From IMG/VR virus record IMGVR_UViG_2695420708_000013, positions 1 through 17,722 of that record: DNA of 17,722 nt, one strand, 5' to 3'. Positions 8,610-16,694 of the stretch are shown in pieces (the first letter of the stretch is position 1; every line of letters starts with the position of its first letter). Position numbers and translations under genes: made by a program. The stretch comes from a virus. Taxonomy: Duplodnaviria; Heunggongvirae; Uroviricota; Caudoviricetes. The notes beneath the pieces were generated by a model. It was not told the origin of the DNA and searched no databases. It saw only the letters and a list, made by a program, of their open reading frames with translations.

Positions 8610-8855
8610 TTTCTAGGCTTCCACCACCAGCACGACAAGATGCCGCATACAGTGACCCAGTCAGTCCAGTTTTCAGACAACCAGTGCGTCACCTTTTTGA
8701 AGGCGCTTTAAAGCACGTTTTAATCCAGGTCGGCCTGTCCTTGTTCCGCTTAATTTATCTTCAAATATTTGTTCATATCCTGCACAAACAAGAGCGTTTC
8801 GTTGCAGGTCTGTATTCTGGTCATTTGTTGATACCCTTACATAGCCAATCAGCAC
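8610..8855 (-). pseudogene. Decayed second copy of the serine invertase (N-terminal ~60 codons intact, then stops)
   Basis: ORF 8673..8873 encodes LIGYVRVSTNDQNTDLQRNALVCAGYEQIFEDKLSGTRTGRPGLKRALKRLQKGDALVV then TGA; further downstream reads KLD*LGHCMRHLVVLVVEA*, recognisably related to KLDRLGRSMKHLISLVGEL of the intact copy. Confidence 0.7.
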
Positions 8856-8961
8856 GCTGAATCTCCCGTCCAAAAGCGCAAATCATGCCATGCAGGCCGG
8901 AAACGGCCATTATCTAAAACCTCGGTTTACAGGAAACGGTAAACAAGGCTGGTAACGCCGT
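8666..8961. repeat. Direct repeat copy B (~296 bp) of the invertase 5' end plus crossover site
   Basis: See copy A; same orientation. Confidence 0.85.
8910..8935. other. Invertase crossover site, copy R1 (boundary of the invertible fibre segment)
   Basis: Identical 26-mer to 7711..7736; the alternative fibre reading frame runs straight through it (..[12 protein letters not shown]..). Confidence 0.78.
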
Positions 8962-9823
8962 TCAGCGTTCCGGCGATAAAATGACCGGAGAACTGAAAAT
9001 TGGCACGGTGAATGCGCTGCGAATTTTCAATGATACCTTCGGTCTAATTTTCCGTCGTTCAGAAGATTTTCTTCATTTCATTCCGACGGCTGAAGGACAA
9101 GGCGAAAACGGTAATATCGGCCCATTAAGGCCATTCGCTATAAATCTGAGAACAGGTGCTATATCTGTCAGCCACGGGGCCAAAATTAAAGGAGGTCTAG
9201 CTATTGGAGCTACTGATAACGCACTGGGTGAAAACTCCATTGTTCTGGGAGATAACGACACCGGATTTAGGCAAGATGGAGATGGTATTATTAGCTTCTA
9301 TTCAAATGGTTCGCGCATCGGACATATTGATGAGTTAGGATTACATCTTTATAAAGATATTGAATCTAATGGCAGCAATTTTAGATTAAAAAGTAATTAC
9401 CGCCACCACATTACATTCGCCAACGAAGACGGAAGAATTCGTATGTTTTTGTGGAAAGATAACGGTGGTGATGGTGTTCATATTAATAACGGTTCAGATG
9501 GTGGTGGTGATTTCATTTTTAAAACAGATGGGGGATTTGCGCTGGGAAGTGGTGCGCAAGTTGCGTCTAGTGGCGATATTTATGGTTCAGTGTGGGAAAA
9601 CAACTGGTTAAGCACATGGCTGCATAATCATGTCGTTCGGGATATTCGTCTTGGCAGCATTGAATATAAAAACGTATGGCGCGACTACGGCTTTGGCGAT
9701 GCGTCAGGTTATGTTTTAACAGCCGCAATTAACAGCAATGCGGATGATATTGTCGACACTGTTGCCAGAAGGCCAATTCAGAAATTGATTGGGGGAATAT
9801 GGTACAACGTGGGGAGTGTTTAA
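8936..9823 (+). CDS. Alternative tail-fibre C-terminal cassette (Hv'), silent in this orientation
   Basis: Frame is open from the crossover site ([20 protein letters not shown], then the ORF-track start M at 8981); no SD of its own; ends ...[15 protein letters not shown] like P2 gpH; Gly-rich beta-rich body typical of fibre tips. Confidence 0.75.
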   Translation, partial: TVNKAGNAVQRSGDKMTGELKIGTVNALRIFNDTFGLIFRRSEDFLHFIPTAEGQGENGNIGPLRPFAINLRTGAISVSHGAKIKGGLAIGATDNALGENSIVLGDNDTGFRQDGDGIISFYSNGSRIGHIDELGLHLYKDIESNGSNFRLKSNYRHHITFANEDGRIRMFLWKDNGGDGVHINNGSDGGGDFIFKTDGGFALGSGAQVASSGDIYGSVWENNWLSTWLHNHVVRDIRLGSIEYKNVWRDYGFGDASGYVLTAAINSNADDIVDTVARRPIQKLIGGIWYNVGSV

Positions 9824-9824
9824 G

Positions 9825-10352
9825 ATGATGCACCTGAAAAATATTAAGGCCGGGAATCCGAAAACACCGGAACAATACCAGCTAACTAAAAAAGCGGGCG
9901 TGGTATGGCTCTTTTGCGAAGATGGCAAAAACTGGTATGAGGAACAAAAGAATTTTCAGCCAGACACCATAAAAATTGCTTACGATGAGAACAACATCAT
10001 CGTTGCTGTCAGTAAAGACGTTTCAACTATTAATCCTGAAGGGCTAAGCATAGTTGAAGTTCCTGATATTACGGCAAATCGTCACGCAGACAATAACGGA
10101 AAATGGATGTTTCTGGATGGTAAAGTAGTAAAGAGGGAATATACAGAACAGGAACTGCAACAACAGGCCGAATCACAAAAGGCCGCATTGCTTTCCGAAG
10201 CTGAATCAGTCATCCAGCCGCTGGAACGCGCTGTCAGGCTGAATATGGCAACAGACGAGGAACGCACACGACTGGAAGCATGGGAACGCTACAGTGTTCT
10301 GGTCAGCCGTGTGGATACGGCAAATCCTGAATGGCCACAAAAGCCTGAATAA
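9825..10352 (+). CDS. Alternative tail-fibre assembly chaperone (gpG/Tfa-like), partner of Hv'
   Basis: Starts [14 protein letters not shown] 1 nt after the Hv' stop, with GGGGAG SD; paralogous to the opposite-strand tfa ([14 protein letters not shown]...PEQPE). ORF-track start 9789 is an upstream extension. Confidence 0.85.
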   Translation: MMHLKNIKAGNPKTPEQYQLTKKAGVVWLFCEDGKNWYEEQKNFQPDTIKIAYDENNIIVAVSKDVSTINPEGLSIVEVPDITANRHADNNGKWMFLDGKVVKREYTEQELQQQAESQKAALLSEAESVIQPLERAVRLNMATDEERTRLEAWERYSVLVSRVDTANPEWPQKPE

Positions 10353-10357
10353 AAATT

Positions 10358-10377
10358 AAGGCCCGATAGCGGGCCTT
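10358..10377. terminator. Bidirectional hairpin between the two convergent fibre-assembly genes
   Basis: GGCCCG-ATAG-CGGGCC stem-loop flanked by A/T runs on both sides. Confidence 0.5.
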
Positions 10378-10380
10378 CTC

Positions 10381-10914
10381 TCATTCTGGTTGTTCGGGAA
10401 ACGTTACTGGCAGGCTGGAGGTGTCTGTGGATTCGACCTTCTGCGCATAGAGCATCCACTCGGTTAATTTTTGTTTATTCTCATCGGAAATGATGCCCAG
10501 CTGTAGCTGAGAGTCCCACAGCTGGGTTTTATCCCTGACGAGCTGCAGCAGGCTCTGCTTTTCATTTTCCGCTTGTTGCCTTTGCTCTTCCTCGGTATAA
10601 GTTCGCTTTATCACCGCACCATCTTTGAACATCCAGTTGCCCGAAATATCAGCCCGGCGATTTGCTGTAATATCAGGCAACTCAACGACACTTAAACCTT
10701 CTGGATTAATTGCTGATACATCCTTGTCTATAGCAATAATTATTCCCTCAACTGTGTAAGCCAGTTTTATTGTATCCTCCTGAAAGTTTTTTAATTCCTC
10801 ATGCCAATTTTTTCCATCTTCGGACCATAACCAGATAACATCAAAATTCTTTGTTAGCTGGTATTGTTCAACGGTTTTTGGATTACCTGCGACAATGTTT
10901 TTTAAATGCTGCAT
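10381..10914 (-). CDS. G: Tail-fibre assembly chaperone (P2 gpG-like), partner of the currently expressed fibre tip
   Basis: 177-aa ORF; N-terminal 100 aa conserved with the + strand paralog, C-terminal half divergent, as expected for fibre-specific chaperones. Confidence 0.88.
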   Translation of the reverse strand: MQHLKNIVAGNPKTVEQYQLTKNFDVIWLWSEDGKNWHEELKNFQEDTIKLAYTVEGIIIAIDKDVSAINPEGLSVVELPDITANRRADISGNWMFKDGAVIKRTYTEEEQRQQAENEKQSLLQLVRDKTQLWDSQLQLGIISDENKQKLTEWMLYAQKVESTDTSSLPVTFPEQPE

Positions 10915-10916
10915 GA

Positions 10917-11066
10917 TTATACCTGCGATACGTTATACCATGTTCCGTTAATTAACTTTTGTATTGGTCTGAATACTGCCGGATCATCACCATCGACTTC
11001 ACCGATAATACCAAGCCCCGTGATTACATGGCCTGATTTTTCATACATCACGCCTTTCTTCATGGT
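10917..11066 (-). other. Orphaned last 50 codons of the expressed fibre gene, separated from it by an in-frame TAG
   Basis: Reverse-complement translation in H frame: [49 protein letters not shown], matching the conserved P2 gpH C-terminal end as I recall it; stop TAA 2 nt before the tfa ATG. Confidence 0.65.
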
Positions 11067-12857
11067 CTAAACAACTCGTGTGCCAAGTCTGACATCTCTC
11101 ACATAGCGGGAATCAAAGTTACCGTAATCCGAGGGATTAACACGTCCCGTAATATTTATGGTTTTATTACTTTGAATGCTTCCGGAGACAAAGCGCATAA
11201 CATGGACGTTATTAGCATAAACATCCAGATTACCATCGCCTTTTTGTTTAAAGCCCGTGTCATTATCACCCAATACAATCGAATTACCGCCAAGAGCACT
11301 GGATGTTCCGATACCCAGTGCACCATTCAGTTGACCACCAGATAACGGCAGTGCACCAACATCTCCTGCTGAAGGTTTTCTGGTGGTGTAAAATTCGGAC
11401 CAGTCGGCTTCAAAACCATAACCATCACGGGCTGAACGATAAAAAATACCGCCATTTTTATAATTAATCCGAAACTGAGCTGCAGGACAACTTCCTTCTC
11501 CCATATAAAAATGAATAATTAACGTTGATGCACCACTAATAGTTGCGTTATAGGCTCCGCTACTCCAGTTCCATCCAACTGCTTTATCATTCGCAACGGT
11601 GCTTCCTGTTTTCCCTAAGGCAAACGCACCAACATGACTTGCTTTTAATGTGATATCGGAGGAACCATCAAAAGCCACATTGCTTATTTTCCTGGCAGTT
11701 TTTAATTTTGCAGCTGTAGAAGCATTGCCGGATAGTTCACCAGAAAGGCCACCGCTGAATGTTTGTCGATTAGTCCAGGTATTCGCTGTACTGAGTAACG
11801 GTATTTTCTCCCCGCTTGTGCCGAGTTCTCGTAAACCGAGGTATTCGATAACGGCAGCAACGGTCGATTTCGCAAGAATATCCCGCCCGACTTTTGTCAG
11901 GGTTGCCAGGCTGGCGACATCATTCCCCGTAAAATACGGAAACTTGCCTGCCGCAGTAGTAAGTCCGGCCAGCGCCGTCAGGGTGGCATCTTTCGGTTGC
12001 TTACCCGCAAGCGCGTTAGTCATGGTGGTCGCAAAATTCGGGTCGTTGCCCAGCGCCGCCGCCAGCTCGTTCAGTGTGTTCAGTGCATCAGGCGAAGAGT
12101 CTACAAGTGCGGCAATCGCAGCCATAACGAAAGCCGTGCTTGCGATTTGGGTATTATTCGTTCCCTGTCGCGCAGTTGGTGTTGTTGGCGTTCCGGTCAG
12201 TGCAGGACTATTTAAGGGCGCTTTCTTGTTCGTTTCACCCATTACCGCCTTAACCGCTTTTGGCGTTGCCGCCAGTGACTCGGAAGTGCTGTTGGTCGCA
12301 CTGCTGAGCTGTACTATCCCCTTTTTCGTCGTGCTCGCATCCTCCAGCGCCACGGCGGATGCAATATCCTCTGCCCGTTTTGCTGCTGTCTCGGCGCGCG
12401 TTGCCGCGGATTCAGCAGCAACTTTGCTCTGAGATGCAGCCGTCGCACTGCCTGCCGCCTCTGATGCTTTCGTTGTTGCTGTCGTGGCACTACCTTTCGC
12501 TGCTGACGCTTGTCTGGTCGCCTCATCTTTTGAAGCAGACGCAGATGATGCCGATGACGCCGCTGAACTGGCTGACGATGCGGCTGCTGCCTTAGAGGAA
12601 GCAGCATTGTCTGCTGAAGTCTTTGCATTTGTTTCAGAGGTTTTTGCTGCAGAAGCAGACCTCGCTGCTGCAGTGGCTTGCTCAGTGGCTTTGCCAGCCT
12701 TCGTTGTGGCTGTTGAAGCGGATGATGCGGCGCTTTCTGCCGATTTTCCGGCGGCGGTGGCACTGGCTGAGGCCTGCCCGGCACTTGTTGACGCGGCACT
12801 GGCAGATAATGCAGCCGCTGTTTTTGAACCTGCCGCAGAGTGGCATCTTTCGGTTGC
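11067..12857 (-). CDS. H: Tail fibre gpH-like, Ala/Ser/Thr-rich middle region plus variable C-terminal part (frame B)
   Basis: My own translation shows this frame open from 12857 to the TAG at 11067, reading Ala-rich repeats (..AAKTSETNAKTSADNAASSKAAAASS..) into KAPLNSPALTGTPTTPTARQGT...IEYLGLRELGTSGEK... The ORF track only reports it from an internal GTG at 12353. Confidence 0.7.
   Translation of the reverse strand, partial: ATERCHSAAGSKTAAALSASAASTSAGQASASATAAGKSAESAASSASTATTKAGKATEQATAAARSASAAKTSETNAKTSADNAASSKAAAASSASSAASSASSASASKDEATRQASAAKGSATTATTKASEAAGSATAASQSKVAAESAATRAETAAKRAEDIASAVALEDASTTKKGIVQLSSATNSTSESLAATPKAVKAVMGETNKKAPLNSPALTGTPTTPTARQGTNNTQIASTAFVMAAIAALVDSSPDALNTLNELAAALGNDPNFATTMTNALAGKQPKDATLTALAGLTTAAGKFPYFTGNDVASLATLTKVGRDILAKSTVAAVIEYLGLRELGTSGEKIPLLSTANTWTNRQTFSGGLSGELSGNASTAAKLKTARKISNVAFDGSSDITLKASHVGAFALGKTGSTVANDKAVGWNWSSGAYNATISGASTLIIHFYMGEGSCPAAQFRINYKNGGIFYRSARDGYGFEADWSEFYTTRKPSAGDVGALPLSGGQLNGALGIGTSSALGGNSIVLGDNDTGFKQKGDGNLDVYANNVHVMRFVSGSIQSNKTINITGRVNPSDYGNFDSRYVRDVRLGTRVV
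11826..11851. other. Invertase crossover site L, inverted relative to 7711 and 8910, inside gene H
   Basis: TTCTCGTAAACC-GA-GGTATTCGATAA; core GA is the complement of TC; encodes IEYLGLRE at the constant/variable junction of H. Confidence 0.78.
11983..12345. repeat. Internal direct repeat in H, copy 2 (~0.36 kb)
   Basis: Aligns to 12840..13200 at offset 857; both copies encode KAPLNSPALTGTPTTPTARQGTNNTQIASTAFVMAAIAALVDSSPDALNTLNELAAALGNDPNFATTMTNALAGKQPKDATL. Confidence 0.8.
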
Positions 12858-13708
12858 TTACCCGCAAGCGCGTTAGTCATGGTGGTCGCAAAATTCGGGT
12901 CGTTGCCCAGCGCCGCAGCCAGCTCGTTCAGCGTGTTCAGTGCATCAGGTGACGAATCTACAAGGGCGGCAATCGCAGCCATAACGAAAGCCGTGCTTGC
13001 GATTTGGGTATTATTCGTTCCCTGTCGCGCAGTTGGTGTTGTTGGCGTTCCGGTCAGTGCCGGGCTGTTTAATGGGGCTTTCTTGTTCGTTTCATCCATT
13101 ACTGCCTTAACGGCTTTTGGTGTCGCTGCCAGCGTTTCAGACGTGCTGTTGGTGGCGTTGCTGAGCTGGACAAGGCCTTTTGCGGTCAGCGAGGCGTCCG
13201 GGTGACGTCGTGACTGTTCATGCTCTTTCAGTTTGTCATCCACGTAATTCACTGTGGCCATCACCATGGTGTTATCCACGGTAAGCGCCACAGTGGCAGT
13301 GCTGGATACGGTCAGAATGGTGCGAAATGTTTGTGCACGTCCGGATCCTTCGGCAACGGTTGGCTTGTAACTTTCGGCAGTATTGCCTACCGCGATCAAA
13401 TCGCCGTGCTCATCAAACACACCAATTTCCCGGATCCAGAATCCGCCCGTTTCAGGAGGAATAACCAGCTCCGCAATAATGTGGTTCTGATGTGTTGCGT
13501 CCAGGGTGACGCGATTAACGGTATGTCGCCACACCTCATGCACAAGACGGGTCTGCTTACTGTCTGGCGTGGGTAAAGTACCGCCGCCGTCACCCACGGC
13601 CATATGTGTCAGGCGGACAGGTTTCCCATCTGGCGCGGTTGCCTGCGCTAATTTTTTTGCACCCGTATCGGTGATAATGGTTTTAAATTTTCGTGTTGTG
13701 GTACTCAT
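12836..13708 (-). CDS. H: Tail fibre gpH-like, N-terminal conserved part (frame A)
   Basis: MSTTTRKFKTIITDTGAKKLAQA...ELVIPPETGGFW...HEQSRRHPDASLTAKG... resembles P2 gpH N-terminus. After ...KQPKDATL the same frame continues as Gln/Arg/Pro-rich text to 12314, which I interpret as out-of-frame. Confidence 0.8.
12840..13200. repeat. Internal direct repeat in H, copy 1
   Basis: See copy 2. Confidence 0.8.
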
Positions 13709-13710
13709 GC

Positions 13711-14241
13711 TTAATCGTCCGGATAAATGGTAATGACTTCACCGTCGTAAGTTGCTGCTGCCGCGAAAATATCTCCCTGAATCTCCTGAATGATATTCAG
13801 CCCTGTCATGTGGCGGCTGACCGGGCGGGCATCAGCAATCAACCGCTCCATTTCCAGATACATTTCCTCCGTCACGCCACTGTCCAGCGTGCCAACATCA
13901 ATCTTGAATGTTCCGGGTTCGCCGTTGAACTCCCACCACTCAGACACGCGAATGAGGTATCCCAGCGGCTCAATGGCCCGTCGCAGGGCGCTGATGGTTC
14001 CTTTGTGTCGGTGTATCAGCCATGCATCACGAATCACCTGTCGCTTTGTCTCTTCCGGCCAGTTGCGATCCCAGCGGTCAACGGAAAACGCCCAGGCGAG
14101 ATAAGGCAGCAGATGCACCGGGCAGGTGTCCGGCGACCACAGCGTGTTGAGGTCTGCCGGAATGTCTGTAATGCGTGTTCCGACGGCTTCGGCACAACGC
14201 ATGAAATTGCTGGCTGATGGTGGTAACAGTGAATTACTCAT
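13711..14241 (-). CDS. I: Baseplate protein gpI-like
   Basis: WSPDTCPVHLLPYLAWAFSVDRWD and EMERLIADARPVSRH motifs; start ATG 14239-14241 (MSNSLLPP) just upstream of the J stop; ORF-track start 14274 is an extension. Confidence 0.87.
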   Translation of the reverse strand: MSNSLLPPSASNFMRCAEAVGTRITDIPADLNTLWSPDTCPVHLLPYLAWAFSVDRWDRNWPEETKRQVIRDAWLIHRHKGTISALRRAIEPLGYLIRVSEWWEFNGEPGTFKIDVGTLDSGVTEEMYLEMERLIADARPVSRHMTGLNIIQEIQGDIFAAAATYDGEVITIYPDD

Positions 14242-15130
14242 TACGCCCACCTTCGCTGATGGTGAATGACTCACAGCGCGCCGCCTGTATGTCGCTGATG
14301 GCCATATTCTGTGTGGGTTCGATTATCTCCACGCGTTGCACACCGTGCACATGCAGTGCGGCAGCAATGGCGGACAACGCCACGTCCTGACCGATAAGCC
14401 CCTGCTCAGCCAGCCACTTCCTGAACGACGATTCAGCCGCAGCCAGAATAGGTTCGGATTCCGGACCGGGGTAAAAGTACAGTTTTGCATTCAGCCGCCA
14501 TGTCACGATTCTGGCACTCTGTACGGTCAGGCGGTCGGCCACCGGGCGGGTATCCTCTGCATTCAGAACGGCGCGAACGGTATTAAGCAACGCCTCCGTT
14601 GCTGTGCCGTCGCCCTCAGTGGACAGGATGGAAACCGTCACATTTGCCGGAGACGGACTGATGGCCCGCGCATCGCGCACCAGACCGCTGGCGCTGCGGG
14701 CAAAATACTCGTATGCGCCTGACGGGCCTGCAACACTCAGGCCGTCATACGCCCGCTGCGCCCGCAGTCTCAGCGAGGTGTCGTTCTCCATCACCACGTC
14801 GGTGGTATCCGTTGCCGGAGTGATAACCAGGCGCTTTGTGTTCATATTGCCCGCGAGGTTGTCCAGGTCTGTTCCGGCGCTGTGGCTCAACATGCAGGCG
14901 CGTGCGGCCTCATTGACCCGCTGGCGTAACAGCATTTCACGAAACGACATGGTTTGAGCGATAACGTTCAGGGGTTCCGATTCCAGTTCCAGTGCGGCGG
15001 AGACGACTTCACGCTGTTCGGCGGGATAAGCTGCAATCATCATGGCCTTTGTGTCAGCCAGAATTGCCTCAAAGTCAGGCTCCGCGATGATGGCGGGTTC
15101 CGGTAACTGGGAAAGGTCAACGGCAGGCAT
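14234..15130 (-). CDS. J: Baseplate protein gpJ-like
   Basis: 298 aa, MPAVDLSQLPEP... N-terminus and RPVADRLTVQSA / YFYPGPESEPI motifs as in P2 gpJ. Confidence 0.9.
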   Translation of the reverse strand: MPAVDLSQLPEPAIIAEPDFEAILADTKAMMIAAYPAEQREVVSAALELESEPLNVIAQTMSFREMLLRQRVNEAARACMLSHSAGTDLDNLAGNMNTKRLVITPATDTTDVVMENDTSLRLRAQRAYDGLSVAGPSGAYEYFARSASGLVRDARAISPSPANVTVSILSTEGDGTATEALLNTVRAVLNAEDTRPVADRLTVQSARIVTWRLNAKLYFYPGPESEPILAAAESSFRKWLAEQGLIGQDVALSAIAAALHVHGVQRVEIIEPTQNMAISDIQAARCESFTISEGGRNE

Positions 15131-15133
15131 GAT

Positions 15134-15484
15134 TTACTCCCTCAGCGTGATGGTTAATTCAACATTCTGCATGGTCTGCATGACAGTGCCCGACAGCGTC
15201 ACCCCGGCGTGGCCTCCTGCCTTCCAGACAACGTCGATGGCGTTCAGGGCAATGCGTGGTTCCCATCGTGTCAGTGCAATCACGGTAGCACTCATGCATT
15301 GCAGACGCGTGGTGTTATTCATGGGTTCGTCAATCAAATCAGGCACAAGGCTGCCATATTCCCGTCGCATAACCCGGCTTGCCAGCGGGGTGGTCAGGAT
15401 GTCCCTGACTGACTGTTTCAGGTGCGCCATATCGTTCAGGTTTCCCGTCCCGTCCGGGTTCATTCCTGTGTAGCGGGTTGTCAC
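15134..15484 (-). CDS. W: Baseplate wedge protein gpW-like
   Basis: 116 aa, MTTRYTGMN..., gp25/W-like; overlaps gene V stop. Confidence 0.87.
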   Translation of the reverse strand: MTTRYTGMNPDGTGNLNDMAHLKQSVRDILTTPLASRVMRREYGSLVPDLIDEPMNNTTRLQCMSATVIALTRWEPRIALNAIDVVWKAGGHAGVTLSGTVMQTMQNVELTITLRE

Positions 15485-16062
15485 TGCGGGCCTCCTGTCG
15501 AATCGCTGCCACCTTTAACGCCACCGTGCTTATGCGTATGCACTGTGATGCCGTTTGAGGTGAAATCGCCGCCGCTGTGCGTGATATTGCCGCTCATCGT
15601 TCCCCCTTTTGTGACGTCAAGCGTCGCTGTTCTCAGAAGGTCTGTGCATTCCACGACAGGCGTGTTCAGTGTCACGCTGATGGATGCCTGCAAAGTGGCC
15701 GTTTTCATGCCGCTTGCGCTCAGTGCGCCTGCGTCCGCGTCGTAGCGGAACACCGCGCCGTCCGGCGCGCTGACCACGATTTCTTTCAGGCTTTTGCCGG
15801 GTGCCGGAATGGCATCACTCCACAGGCTGCCGATTATCATGGCGGTTTCCGGGTTGCCGCCGATGCAGGCAATTGCCACCTGTTCGCCTGGTGATGGCGG
15901 AAACCACACGTTGAAGTCTCCCGCGCGCGTGGTGTTCCAGCGCAGCCAGCCTGTTTCCAGTTCGCCGCTGCGAACGCGCACGCACCAGGATTCCTCATCA
16001 ACTTCAGAGATGATCCCGGTGCGGATGATATTGCTCAGCAGTCGCATGAGTTCTGCGCTCAT
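15481..16062 (-). CDS. V: Baseplate spike/assembly protein gpV-like
   Basis: 193 aa; C-terminal GGTMSGNITHSGGDFTSNGITVHTHKHGG motif characteristic of P2 gpV. Confidence 0.87.
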   Translation of the reverse strand: MSAELMRLLSNIIRTGIISEVDEESWCVRVRSGELETGWLRWNTTRAGDFNVWFPPSPGEQVAIACIGGNPETAMIIGSLWSDAIPAPGKSLKEIVVSAPDGAVFRYDADAGALSASGMKTATLQASISVTLNTPVVECTDLLRTATLDVTKGGTMSGNITHSGGDFTSNGITVHTHKHGGVKGGSDSTGGPQ

Positions 16063-16694
16063 CGTACAGCCTCCGCAATCCGGCCCAGCACCGTGTTATA
16101 AATCAGGCGCTCATCTGCCTGGCTGATACCCAGCAGCTCACGTACCGGGTAATCGGTGAAAATGCCCGGCGCAACCTGATCGCGCTCACCGAACTGATGA
16201 ACGCGTGCAATACGTGCGGCCACGCCGCTGTAACCCACCGTCACACCGGAAGCATCTGCACGGGCTTTCAGGTAGCGGGCGGTGCGCAGTTTTACGAACA
16301 TGGAGACGCGCCTGGTGCTGTCCTGGTTGATGCGCCGGGTGCGTATTTCCAGAAAACGGTCGATGTCATCCCGGTAAAACGTGCGGATATTGTTTTTATC
16401 CTCATCCCACCCGGTGATGGTTCGCCCGTATTTCCCCGTGTCGTGATGCCAGTTTTTCAGCGTGCGTGCTTCGTTATTCCAGATAAAGCGAATGCGCTCC
16501 TGTATCCGGGTTACGCGGCGTCTGCGTGGTGTCCATGCGGTCCCGTCCGGCGCTTTCTGTGACCGGATACGCGCCTGCTGGGCGCGGCGTAAATCCTGTG
16601 CCAGCTTTCTGGCGATGTTATTAATGGCCTGCTGATTCAGGCTGTCGCGGATAGCCTCAAAGGTTTCATCCACGCGGGTGAATGCCTTATCCAT
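16059..16694 (-). CDS. S: Tail completion / virion morphogenesis protein, gpS-like with an internal insertion
   Basis: C-terminal ARIARVHQFGERD...RELLGIS motif of the gpS family; about 60 residues longer than P2 gpS as I recall it. Confidence 0.7.
   Translation of the reverse strand: MDKAFTRVDETFEAIRDSLNQQAINNIARKLAQDLRRAQQARIRSQKAPDGTAWTPRRRRVTRIQERIRFIWNNEARTLKNWHHDTGKYGRTITGWDEDKNNIRTFYRDDIDRFLEIRTRRINQDSTRRVSMFVKLRTARYLKARADASGVTVGYSGVAARIARVHQFGERDQVAPGIFTDYPVRELLGISQADERLIYNTVLGRIAEAVR

Noticed and set aside
8567-8860. ORF 8567..8860 (+)
   Set aside because: Antisense to the invertase remnant and inside the direct repeat; the equivalent frame in copy A is the antisense of a real gene.
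12314-12835. C-terminal 170 residues of ORF 12314..13708 (RQVQKQRLHYLPVPRQQ...)
   Set aside because: Gln/Arg/Pro-rich text produced by reading the Ala-rich region out of frame; the true continuation is frame B.
12359-13205. ORFs 12359..12595, 12484..12876, 12623..12952, 12840..13205 (+) and 12682..12867 (-)
   Set aside because: Shadow frames of the Ala-rich region of H (poly-Ala/Asp or Arg/Gln text); the sense frame on the - strand gives typical fibre sequence.
13220-14217. ORFs 13220..13576(+), 13396..13593(-), 13506..13733(+), 13693..14217(+), 13790..14104(+)
   Set aside because: Antisense or overlapping the H N-terminus and gpI; no independent support.
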